The notes under the pieces: model-generated
Seen by the model: the letters and a program-made list of their open reading frames with translations, nothing else
Told to the model about the DNA's origin: nothing
Databases searched by the model: none
Source of the DNA: a virus
Taxonomy: Duplodnaviria > Caudoviricetes
Reading direction: 5' to 3' (one strand)
Virus record (IMG/VR): IMGVR_UViG_3300020044_002247
Location: 1 to 55,360 of that record
Length of the DNA stretch: 55,360 nt
Shown here: piece after piece, positions 39,061 through 47,078 of the stretch
Layout: each line of letters starts with the position of its first letter
How positions within the stretch are numbered: position 1 is the first letter of the stretch
Position numbers and translations under genes: made by a program

Positions 39061-39342
39061 TTAGCCCATCGGTCCACGTGACATGGTACCTTTAGTTGCT
39101 GCACCTGTGCCGCGCATTTTAATGCCCGTTTTCTTTTCGACCGCACGATTAGGATCACCTGCGCTTACGCGATAGGTTGGTTGACCCGGCTTCATGTCTT
39201 TAGCAGCCAAAGTGTTTGGGTCAGTCTTGATACTGATACAGTCTTTAGTGTCCACAGAACCTCCACTCATTGTGTGTGGTTTAGCGTATGTCTTGGCATC
39301 GCCAATCTCTTTACCGCCAACCTTCTTTGAAAACTTAGCCAT
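39061..39342 (-). CDS. Small basic virion-associated protein
   Basis: Lys-rich; MRGTGAATKG motif. Confidence 0.65.
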   Translation of the reverse strand: MAKFSKKVGGKEIGDAKTYAKPHTMSGGSVDTKDCISIKTDPNTLAAKDMKPGQPTYRVSAGDPNRAVEKKTGIKMRGTGAATKGTMSRGPMG

Positions 39343-39344
39343 GA

Positions 39345-39548
39345 TTAGCCCGTTTTTTGGTTAGCTGCGCGAGCCAAGTTACGACCCATGCTTTTCATAG
39401 AGTCAGTAGTCACGCCGCCTTTGGCATAGCATGAACCGCCTTTATTCATTTTCTTGCCGTGCAAGCGCTTTTCGTGCTTCTTGATTTCTTTGTCCGCGAT
39501 CTTTTTAATCAGCGGTCTGTCTTGTGCTGCATCACTATGTTTTGCCAT
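39345..39548 (-). CDS. Small basic protein
   Basis: Lys-rich; MNKGG and YAKGG motifs. Confidence 0.65.
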   Translation of the reverse strand: MAKHSDAAQDRPLIKKIADKEIKKHEKRLHGKKMNKGGSCYAKGGVTTDSMKSMGRNLARAANQKTG

Positions 39549-39557
39549 TTTAAACTC

Positions 39558-39986
39558 CTATGTCGTCGTGATTGTCACGGTTCCTACTTCGCTTGCTGAC
39601 ACCAGATAATTTGGGGTCAACACCTCATCAAATGAGCTTGCTCCACCTACGGGGTACCAGCCCCACTGAAATACTCGGCTACCGCCTGATGGATAACCGT
39701 TTGCATCAACACTTGTACCATTCACATCCGTTAACTGCAAGCCCGTGTAGCCTGATTGGTAGTAGCTCAAGTCAGGACGTGGATCGCGTACAGCTTGCGG
39801 ATCGTCCACCGGATACATACCCAACGACAACTGCGGTTGATCTGGGTCCCAGCAAGAAGGACAGACCAGTAAGTTATACGTCTTGGTCTTAATTACTTCT
39901 TTCTTTAGCTGAGTCAGCTTATATCTAAACCCACAGCGATCACACTCGGCAATCGCATTCTTGCCGGATGAGAACGCATTACCCAT
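39558..39986 (-). CDS. Zn-ribbon-containing conserved phage protein
   Basis: CDRCG...VCPSCWD..QPQ. Confidence 0.7.
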   Translation of the reverse strand: MGNAFSSGKNAIAECDRCGFRYKLTQLKKEVIKTKTYNLLVCPSCWDPDQPQLSLGMYPVDDPQAVRDPRPDLSYYQSGYTGLQLTDVNGTSVDANGYPSGGSRVFQWGWYPVGGASSFDEVLTPNYLVSASEVGTVTITTT

Positions 39987-40936
39987 TAGAGTCCACCCCC
40001 AATAAACTGCTGTCTAGGCACAAACCTTACTGCCGCCCTGTCTTGATCTTCATAAGCCGCTGTCTGCCACGCTTCATCGTACGCAGCTTTCAACATGTCA
40101 ATGCGAGTTGCGGCCTCTGGGACTTTTAACGACAAGTAATACGCAAGACCTGCCACTAAACAGGGCAAGAATCTAAACGGAATATCCATTGTCTTAGTAC
40201 CACCAGTACCCGCGTCTTGTACACGGCGCATGCGCCAGTAAACCAATTGGTAGCTATTAGCGGAGTCAGGCGTAGGCCAGACAGTCACGCTTTGCTTTTG
40301 GTTAATCGTAATAGCTGAAGCTGCTGCATGCGCAGCGGCAGTTGTGCCGTCCTGCCCGCGATTGCAATTTAATAGCAAAGCAGGGTTTGCTCCAGCCGCA
40401 GGTTGCACTTCGTTATATGCAATCAGTTCAGTACCAATCGTGATGAATCCTGCATTAGCAAAACCTGCCAGTGTGGACACTGGGATCGATGTCGCTGTAG
40501 CAGAGAGTGCCCCAACAACCGTAGCTGCACTTGGCGCTGCTTGCGCTGTTAAACGCTGGAACCATGCTTGAATCGGACGACCTTGCGTTAACTTGTTTGG
40601 AATTGTTGCGTATGTCGATACGCTAATCCGCGTTATAGTAAGGTCGGATTGGTTACTAGCGCTGTTGGCATTAGTACGAATAACATGATCGAGTACATCA
40701 ACAGTATCGTCAGGAAGTGCATAAGTTGGTTGCCCCTGTGTCAGAATGATGGCGTTTTGTTCAAACGTCCACATGTTCACGCCACGATTAGCCCAATCAG
40801 CAAATAGCAAATTCAATGAACGGCGAGCAGTCTTTAACTGATAACCGCTACGCATCTCAGACCCACAACGTTCGAAAGCCTCTTCGGTGATGTCGTTCAG
40901 GTCGAGATTAAATGCTGCTATGCCTGATGTGGTCAT
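39986..40936 (-). CDS. Head-tail adaptor protein
   Basis: EEAFERCG...ARRSLNL...VWPTPD...GLAYYL; position after the capsid genes. Confidence 0.6.
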   Translation of the reverse strand: MTTSGIAAFNLDLNDITEEAFERCGSEMRSGYQLKTARRSLNLLFADWANRGVNMWTFEQNAIILTQGQPTYALPDDTVDVLDHVIRTNANSASNQSDLTITRISVSTYATIPNKLTQGRPIQAWFQRLTAQAAPSAATVVGALSATATSIPVSTLAGFANAGFITIGTELIAYNEVQPAAGANPALLLNCNRGQDGTTAAAHAAASAITINQKQSVTVWPTPDSANSYQLVYWRMRRVQDAGTGGTKTMDIPFRFLPCLVAGLAYYLSLKVPEAATRIDMLKAAYDEAWQTAAYEDQDRAAVRFVPRQQFIGGGL

Positions 40937-41209
40937 TTAAGCTCTCGTTTTTCCGCGAATGCAGCAACCGTCTGCACGTTGTGATGCTGTGCGAACCTTA
41001 CCGCCTTTTTTCATACCGCCAGTAGCTTCCGCTTTCATTCGCGCTTGGTGAGCAGTATTAGCTTGTTCAGCAGCTGCTGCGCTACGGGCACTTTCTTCAT
41101 CGGCAATACGCTTAGCTTCTGATGGGTTTAGCATCTTACCCATTGCGCCTTCACCAGTAACTGCGCCGTATAAAGGGCTTAGTGTCCCTATAAAATTTTT
41201 AAGGCTCAT
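40937..41209 (-). CDS. Small basic protein
   Basis: MKKGGKV...RADGCCIRGKTRA. Confidence 0.65.
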   Translation of the reverse strand: MSLKNFIGTLSPLYGAVTGEGAMGKMLNPSEAKRIADEESARSAAAAEQANTAHQARMKAEATGGMKKGGKVRTASQRADGCCIRGKTRA

Positions 41210-41463
41210 TTTTTCCTCGCAGCTCTCATGTTGTCTACTAGGTTAGGGTACGGTCTACCCGCAGCTTTTGCTGCAGCCTTAGCTGCTGATTTCTTAGCAG
41301 GGCTTAACTTCTTTGACTTACCTAAGTCTTTAGGACGCGGCTTTTCCCACACCTCGCCACCGTTTTTAAACTGTGTGAAATCGGTGTCATCCCTACGAGG
41401 CTTTTTCGTCCCCGTAGGCATTTTGGAAGGGCGAATCGCACCCATACCGCGAGAGGCCATCAT
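41206..41463 (-). CDS. Small basic protein
   Basis: SRGMGAI, FKNGG, AGRPYPNLVDNM. Confidence 0.65.
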   Translation of the reverse strand: MMASRGMGAIRPSKMPTGTKKPRRDDTDFTQFKNGGEVWEKPRPKDLGKSKKLSPAKKSAAKAAAKAAGRPYPNLVDNMRAARKK

Positions 41464-41894
41464 TACTTGCCTCTGCTACCACCGCGCATCGTGCCGGGGG
41501 ACGACTTCATAACAATCTGAGTGCCTTTGGTTTTGCCTTTAGAAGCAATACCGTCACGGCTAGGAGCTGCTGTACGAACGCCGCCCATTTTGCCAACACC
41601 AACTGAACCGCCTTTAGCGTATTTCATTTCGCCAACAATACGTTTCTTTTCAGCCATAAGATTCTTCTTTCCTTTTGAAGTTGAAGCTTTTTCAGAGTCA
41701 ACACGACCCAGTTCTTCGAGTCTGTTCATACGAGAAGTATTTGCCACGTCACCACCCCTTTTAAAAGTTTTGCCTTTGTCCGCAGACGCGAACTCCTTGC
41801 CCACAGACTGCTTAATGCCGACTTTCTTGGCAAAGGCAGGGTCGTGGGCAACCGCCGCCATTAAATTGTGCTGCGCTTTACTTTTGCTCGGCAT
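41463..41894 (-). CDS. Small basic protein
   Basis: MPSKSKAQHNLMAA; FKRGG, YAKGG, RDGIASKGKTKG. Confidence 0.7.
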   Translation of the reverse strand: MPSKSKAQHNLMAAVAHDPAFAKKVGIKQSVGKEFASADKGKTFKRGGDVANTSRMNRLEELGRVDSEKASTSKGKKNLMAEKKRIVGEMKYAKGGSVGVGKMGGVRTAAPSRDGIASKGKTKGTQIVMKSSPGTMRGGSRGK

Positions 41895-42081
41895 CGTCTT
41901 TTTTCTTGCGGATTATGTCCACAAAGTCTTTGCCCGTAAACATCTCAATGATGCGCATCAAACCCAATATTGCACCAATCAACCCAAAAAGCGGGGTGAG
42001 TAATTCTAAGAATGCGCCCACAGCCGCAAACACAGAAATGACATCCACAATGTTCTTTACGTTATCGTGATGTTCTGACAT
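41878..42081 (-). CDS. Small membrane protein, holin-like
   Basis: Hydrophobic helices and a charged C-terminus. Confidence 0.55.
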   Translation of the reverse strand: MSEHHDNVKNIVDVISVFAAVGAFLELLTPLFGLIGAILGLMRIIEMFTGKDFVDIIRKKKDDAEQK

Positions 42082-42082
42082 A

Positions 42083-42328
42083 TCAACACTTCCATGCTCT
42101 TAAAGATTTATTGATGCGGCTGTTCGGGTCATTTGCCGTTTTCGCCGATGTAAGTTTCTTTTTCATGCCTGACATACGGGCGCAGAACGACTTTTTGCGA
42201 CTTCCGCCTTCCGGCTGGGGAGCCTTCAAATTCATGCCTTGCGCTTTGGCAGAGGCTCTCCCTTTGGCGTTCAAGCCGCCATTGGGATTCTTGCCCTCTT
42301 TGCGCTGCCATGCTGGAGACTTAGCCAT
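42083..42328 (-). CDS. Small basic protein (DUF6321-like)
   Basis: RKKSFCARM...SLRAWKC. Confidence 0.65.
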   Translation of the reverse strand: MAKSPAWQRKEGKNPNGGLNAKGRASAKAQGMNLKAPQPEGGSRKKSFCARMSGMKKKLTSAKTANDPNSRINKSLRAWKC

Positions 42329-42614
42329 AGAATATCGTCACGCTTGAGCCGCCTGCACTAGGCATTACCACGTAAATGCTGGTATTAAATTTAATACCTT
42401 CACCGGGGATAACAACGTCCACGACGTTATTACTATTAGCAGGAATATTAAACTGGAGACGTGTAGGACCGTTGACCCCACCGTCTCTAAATTCCATATC
42501 GCCCGCTGTAGCATCGCCAAGAAAAACAAGTCCTTTTAGACGAGTTGGCCCTGCGTACAACGTACCCGCTACGCCCGTAATATGTGCTGCTTTAACGTCA
42601 TATTGCATCGTCAT
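42321..42614 (-). CDS. Small virion structural protein
   Basis: Beta-rich; IPGEGIKF...TIFYG. Confidence 0.6.
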   Translation of the reverse strand: MTMQYDVKAAHITGVAGTLYAGPTRLKGLVFLGDATAGDMEFRDGGVNGPTRLQFNIPANSNNVVDVVIPGEGIKFNTSIYVVMPSAGGSSVTIFYG

Positions 42615-42627
42615 GATGCCCCCCTAA

Positions 42628-43101
42628 TTAGTTTTGTAACGAAGTAGGGATAGCGCCGCCATCAGAGCCACGAACAACGTAGGTAATTACAACAGTAGCC
42701 ACACCAGTAGTTAATGCAGTACCAGTAGCAGTGTATGTAATCAATGCGTCGGTTGAGCCAACGTTAGCTGCTAAAGAAGCAAAAGTCGAAGCAATCGAAA
42801 CGTCAGTAACACCAACGCTTGTAATCGTCGAAGCTGTGTTTACGTCTGTGCCAGCAATAGTGATCTTCAAAGTGGTAGCCGAGCTAAACACTGTGGAAGT
42901 AATGATTTGAACGCCAGTAATCAACGAGCCAGCAGGAATAGCACCCAAAGTGCCTGTCAAGCTAGCAAATGTGTTGTAAGTTACAGGGATTGTTTGGGCA
43001 ACAACAGTTGCGCCCATATTACGAACGGTGCCAGAAGTGGTACCTGTTGTGCTTTTAACTGTGCCCAATAGCCAAGGGCCAAGATGAGATGCGAAACCCA
43101 T
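42628..43101 (-). CDS. Putative capsid decoration / head spike protein
   Basis: Thr-rich beta protein directly after the major capsid gene. Confidence 0.55.
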   Translation of the reverse strand: MGFASHLGPWLLGTVKSTTGTTSGTVRNMGATVVAQTIPVTYNTFASLTGTLGAIPAGSLITGVQIITSTVFSSATTLKITIAGTDVNTASTITSVGVTDVSIASTFASLAANVGSTDALITYTATGTALTTGVATVVITYVVRGSDGGAIPTSLQN

Positions 43102-43110
43102 GATGAATTT

Positions 43111-43182
43111 TCCTCACATGCGAGTTAAGTATATCAATTTGCATGTTATCAGCCGGGGCTGTTTGATATACCGGATTCCCGG
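43111..43182 (-). ncRNA. Structured 5' leader (double pseudoknot candidate) upstream of ORF 43101
   Basis: Three interleaved helices CCGGG/CCCGG, GUAUAUCAA/UUGAUAUAC and ACAUGC/GCAUGU; the last abuts SD GAGGA. Confidence 0.55.
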
Positions 43183-43191
43183 AACAATGAT

Positions 43192-43200
43192 GTTATACCA
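43192..43200 (-). promoter_or_regulatory. Extended -10 promoter candidate
   Basis: TG-G-TATAAC right after the capsid terminator and about 10 nt before the structured leader. Confidence 0.45.
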
Positions 43201-43201
43201 C

Positions 43202-43228
43202 AAAAAGGGGGCCGAAGCCCCCTTTTTT
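43202..43228 (-). terminator. Rho-independent terminator after the major capsid gene, potentially bidirectional
   Basis: GGGGGC-UUCG-GCCCCC followed by a U-tract; A/T tracts on both sides. Confidence 0.9.
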
Positions 43229-43229
43229 A

Positions 43230-44144
43230 TTACGCTGCGCCTTGCGAACCAAACATACCCAGTGGGTCTGAGAAGCCGAAGGAATAACGCTCACGAGCCT
43301 TGTAACGTACGTTACCAGTATCGAAGTCACCGTCCATACCAGTAGTCATTTCAGTACGGATAAAGTGCTTCATACCGTTAGGTACGTCGGTTGTTAAGAA
43401 CCAAGCATTCGTGTCTGTCAAGAAGTGGTTGATTACCCAGCCTTCAGGGATCGAACCGTTGTTCTTGATTGCGTTGATGTCGTTATCGGTTGTGCCAACG
43501 CGCAGTGAAGTTTCGAGCAAACGAGTTGCAACGAACTGCAGTGCTGAAGGAACAATCAATTTCTTAGGACGAGCAGCAATCAACAGACCACGTTCATCAG
43601 TCCAGCCAGCGATTTGAATAACTGCGTTTTCCAACGAAGTTTCGTTCAAGTCAGCTTGGGTTGTGAATGTGTTGCTGTTGTAGCCACCAGAAATCAACGG
43701 ATGTTGTGTTGAGAACAACGCAACGCCGTCACCACCAGCGTATTGACCGCCAGTGAAACCGTTGTTTAATGGAGCAGCAGCTTTAACTTGCTTGGTGTAC
43801 GCCATAGCGCGAGCCAAGCCTTTGGTGTAACGAGCTGATAACGAGTCATACAAGTTATCTTCGATAGCTTCTTCAGTCAAGCTGAAGCCCAAAGCGATAG
43901 TTTCGTGGTTAAAGCGAGCAGTCCATGCTTCTTGTGCGTTGTCGTAACGCATTGCAGAACCTTCATTCTTAACAGGTGCTGCTGAGAAGCCGGAAAGCTT
44001 GGTTTCTTCTTCGAACGAACGCTCTGAGTGTTCGGTTTCGTAGATTTCCTTGTGCTCTTCGCCGTAACGTGCATACTCCAGACCGAACAGTGCGTTCAGG
44101 CCGGGGAGCAGCTCTTTCAATAGTTGTGCGCGTGAAATAGCCAT
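43230..44144 (-). CDS. Major capsid protein
   Basis: MAISRAQLLKELLPGLNALFG...GDGVALFS..HP...RYKARERYSFG; strong RBS; biased codon use; terminator follows. Confidence 0.88.
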   Translation of the reverse strand: MAISRAQLLKELLPGLNALFGLEYARYGEEHKEIYETEHSERSFEEETKLSGFSAAPVKNEGSAMRYDNAQEAWTARFNHETIALGFSLTEEAIEDNLYDSLSARYTKGLARAMAYTKQVKAAAPLNNGFTGGQYAGGDGVALFSTQHPLISGGYNSNTFTTQADLNETSLENAVIQIAGWTDERGLLIAARPKKLIVPSALQFVATRLLETSLRVGTTDNDINAIKNNGSIPEGWVINHFLTDTNAWFLTTDVPNGMKHFIRTEMTTGMDGDFDTGNVRYKARERYSFGFSDPLGMFGSQGAA

Positions 44145-44155
44145 TATTCAGCTCC

Positions 44156-45019
44156 TTAAGCCATCGCTGTAGCACTGTAATACTCGTGCTGTGCTTGGTT
44201 AAACTTAACTATAACTTCTGGGTACTGTGTAAACACAATTGTAGAGCCAGCAGGAATAGCAACGACGGAACCCGGAACAGCGATTGTGTTGTTCATCACA
44301 ACAGTAGTCACGTTAGTTACCGAGTTAACGTATGAACCAGTACCGATGTACTGACCATTTGAGGCAATGTAGCCAACTTCAGAACCAACAACAATTGCTG
44401 AGGTTGAAGCTAATGGTGTAGTCAGGGTAATAGTTTGTGTGGTTGAAGAACCTGTGTAAGACTGAGTTACAGCCGTATCAGGAACAACACCAACAACACG
44501 TAATGGCAGAGTAGAAGTGGTAGCTGGACCTGCTGGTGGGGTAACGGTTGGAACCAAAACTGCGTTCAACGAATTACCTGTGTTCAGGTTGCCGCCATTG
44601 TCTACGTAACCAACGTTTTGACCTACCATTGCAGAAGCAACGGAGCCGATGGTTGTACCAGAAGTTACTGCAGCAGCTTTGAAAGCGGTGTCAGGATCAT
44701 CGGTAACGATAGCCATTGCGTCACCAGCTAAAGTGCCTGTAGGCCAGAATTGGCTGAAGGTCTTTTGCTTAGTGATTGGGTTGGTGTAAGTGCAACCAAC
44801 GAAAATACCAACTGGCAGAGCAGTTGATGTGAACGAAGCAGTACTAATCGCTGTGCGAGTAATAAAGCCACGGTTCAATGAAACAAAATCGCCGTAAAAA
44901 ATGCTGGTAGCGTATCCGTACTGGATAGGTAATTGGCGAGTAGCACCCGCGAACACCTGACCACCAATCAAGTTTACCGGCTGTAGCCCATAAGGGGCGC
45001 TTACAGTTGGATAAGCCAT
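44156..45019 (-). CDS. Capsid-associated structural (cement/decoration) protein
   Basis: APYGLQP...IFYGD.V...GIFVGC.Y...DDPD; directly upstream of the capsid gene. Confidence 0.6.
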   Translation of the reverse strand: MAYPTVSAPYGLQPVNLIGGQVFAGATRQLPIQYGYATSIFYGDFVSLNRGFITRTAISTASFTSTALPVGIFVGCTYTNPITKQKTFSQFWPTGTLAGDAMAIVTDDPDTAFKAAAVTSGTTIGSVASAMVGQNVGYVDNGGNLNTGNSLNAVLVPTVTPPAGPATTSTLPLRVVGVVPDTAVTQSYTGSSTTQTITLTTPLASTSAIVVGSEVGYIASNGQYIGTGSYVNSVTNVTTVVMNNTIAVPGSVVAIPAGSTIVFTQYPEVIVKFNQAQHEYYSATAMA

Positions 45020-45036
45020 GATTAACTCCAAAAAAT

Positions 45037-45471
45037 TTACTTCGAACCTTTGCCAAACCTAGTCTCGGACGAACTTTCTTTAAAGATAGGCATACGAGCA
45101 TCACTTTGGCGCATTAGACTGTTATCAACAGACTCCATTTGGCGCTCGGCTTGATTAGCATAGTAGGCAGTACGTGACTCTACGGCTTCATCAGGGGCTT
45201 TGCACAGCATAAGTCCACCAATTTCAACATTCCCGTCTTTGGTACCTTCTAACATTAGCTCTGGGTGATCTACTGCTTTCACAGGAACCCAATGCTCCCT
45301 CATCGCTCTTGCTACGTTTTGAGGGATTGGCTGACCATTAATATGGGTAGCAATCCATCTAAACTTATAACCCGGTTCCGGTGTCGGATCAGGTAAGCTC
45401 GATGCGGGTTTGTAGTCGTACCTAGCGGTTTTTTCGCGTGTTTGTATATCACGTGGTTCACGATTAGCCAT
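45037..45471 (-). CDS. Conserved head-module protein
   Basis: PGYKFRWI...GGLMLCK...R..YY; between scaffold and capsid genes. Confidence 0.65.
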   Translation of the reverse strand: MANREPRDIQTREKTARYDYKPASSLPDPTPEPGYKFRWIATHINGQPIPQNVARAMREHWVPVKAVDHPELMLEGTKDGNVEIGGLMLCKAPDEAVESRTAYYANQAERQMESVDNSLMRQSDARMPIFKESSSETRFGKGSK

Positions 45472-46441
45472 TTCTTCTCTCCTGTTTAGCTACTTCATTA
45501 GCATACTGTTGTGGGGTCAATCCAAATTTCTTTGCGATTGCATATTGACTAGGGGTAAGCTGAATCTTTTGCTTACCTGTAGAACGAGACGCAGGCGCAA
45601 CCACAGAAGCAGGCTTCTTAGCTACTGGAGTTTCAGTATCTGACTTAGTCGCGTCGTTGCCGCCAAACAATTCGGGGAACGTCGATTTCATGCGCTCGTC
45701 TATTCGAGCGAAGTATTCGTCACTGCGCGGGTCGGTGCCCGAGTTGACTAGTTTGTGGTGCAGCCCTAGTGCATAGCTGGTGTATTCTTCGAACCCCGGT
45801 TGACCGTACCACTGGTTTTTAGCCTGCCAGCGCAGGGACTTCTCGTCCGGTTGAACCTGTTGAGGTTGAGCTTGCGGTAGTTGTACCTCATTATCTTCCT
45901 CTTGTAAAGGGGTAGGACGATAATTTTTTACTTGCAGCAAGCGCATCTTAGCTTCAGTAAATTCTTCTGAAGCGGAAATAATGGCATCAGTGTCAAACGA
46001 TTCTTGCGCATCTTTGTACTTACGACGTGCTGCTTCAAGCTGTGCTTCAGCCTCACGTGTGGCAGTATTAATGAACGCTTCTTGTCCCGTATTAACAGTC
46101 TGCTTGAGCTTTTTGTTCTCATCAGCCAGATAACGAGCAACTTTCTCTAATTCCTGACGTTCGCGCATCAATTCTTCTTTGCGACGGCGCTCGTCATGAC
46201 GTGCATGGGTCAATTCCTTGATCCGTGCCTGTACTTTGTCGGAATAGCCTTCAATTTCGTCGTCGGTCGGGTCGTCAACCTCTTTGTCTAACGGTTTACG
46301 GTTCCGATCTTTGGCAGGGGTATCGTCAATAATCTCAACTTCAACCTCATCGCCAGCAGCTTCGACGGAATTGTCCTCCAGTTCGGCTGTATTTTCTGTT
46401 TCCCTCTCATCGGGAAACTTATATTCATCATTTGGTGGCAT
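45464..46441 (-). CDS. Capsid scaffolding protein
   Basis: Acidic N-terminus, long coiled coil, C-terminal LTPSQ.AIAKKFGLTPQQYA. Confidence 0.7.
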   Translation of the reverse strand: MPPNDEYKFPDERETENTAELEDNSVEAAGDEVEVEIIDDTPAKDRNRKPLDKEVDDPTDDEIEGYSDKVQARIKELTHARHDERRRKEELMRERQELEKVARYLADENKKLKQTVNTGQEAFINTATREAEAQLEAARRKYKDAQESFDTDAIISASEEFTEAKMRLLQVKNYRPTPLQEEDNEVQLPQAQPQQVQPDEKSLRWQAKNQWYGQPGFEEYTSYALGLHHKLVNSGTDPRSDEYFARIDERMKSTFPELFGGNDATKSDTETPVAKKPASVVAPASRSTGKQKIQLTPSQYAIAKKFGLTPQQYANEVAKQERRNG

Positions 46442-46450
46442 AACTACTCC

Positions 46451-46882
46451 TTAAAATGCGCGGGTTATACCGCGTGGGTCATCAACAACGGCATCAATCT
46501 GGTCGTCATTTAACAGACGGAACTCTTTGCCGTAGATTTTGAAACGCGTACCAGAATATGTACGAACTAAAACAAAGTCGCCCGGTTTACACCAAGCACC
46601 TGATGGGTATTTCTCTTTGTCTGCATAGGCTTCGGGACCGACAGCTAACACGAACAACACAGTGGTACCGTGCTCTTCTGCTTTCATCAGGGACTCAGCT
46701 TTAACAATGCTGGAACCATCAAACTTATCTGATACATCCGGCACGCCACACAAAATCTTCCAGCCCGTAGGTTTAGGAAGCATGCGTCCACGTTCTTCAA
46801 TAGGGACTTGTTCGCTGGGTTCGTCTATTTGCTGAATTGGCTCGGGCATTGTTATTCCCGGTGGTAAGAGCAGGTCGCTCAT
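46451..46882 (-). CDS. groES: GroES-like co-chaperonin
   Basis: PTGWKIL...VLAVGP...KPGDFVL...YSGT...LLNDDQIDAVV. Confidence 0.75.
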   Translation of the reverse strand: MSDLLLPPGITMPEPIQQIDEPSEQVPIEERGRMLPKPTGWKILCGVPDVSDKFDGSSIVKAESLMKAEEHGTTVLFVLAVGPEAYADKEKYPSGAWCKPGDFVLVRTYSGTRFKIYGKEFRLLNDDQIDAVVDDPRGITRAF

Positions 46883-47078
46883 CTTCATCCTCATCTTTCT
46901 TTTGTGCATCAACAAGGTCTAGTAAGTGTCGCTCTGCTAAGGCAAGACCTTGAATAATCCCGCAGAGTTTTTGGTAAGTCGCATAGTCCGTACAGATGCC
47001 GTTAGCCATATCATCTGTAAAGGCGTTCATGTCTTTGCGTAATTTGTCGCGCAATACGCTTGCGAAGTTGTCCATCAT
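46797..47078 (-). CDS. Small hypothetical protein after the portal
   Basis: DYATYQKLCGIIQGL pattern; ATGA-type coupling to the portal stop. Confidence 0.65.
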   Translation of the reverse strand: MMDNFASVLRDKLRKDMNAFTDDMANGICTDYATYQKLCGIIQGLALAERHLLDLVDAQKKDEDEDERPALTTGNNNARANSANRRTQRTSPY

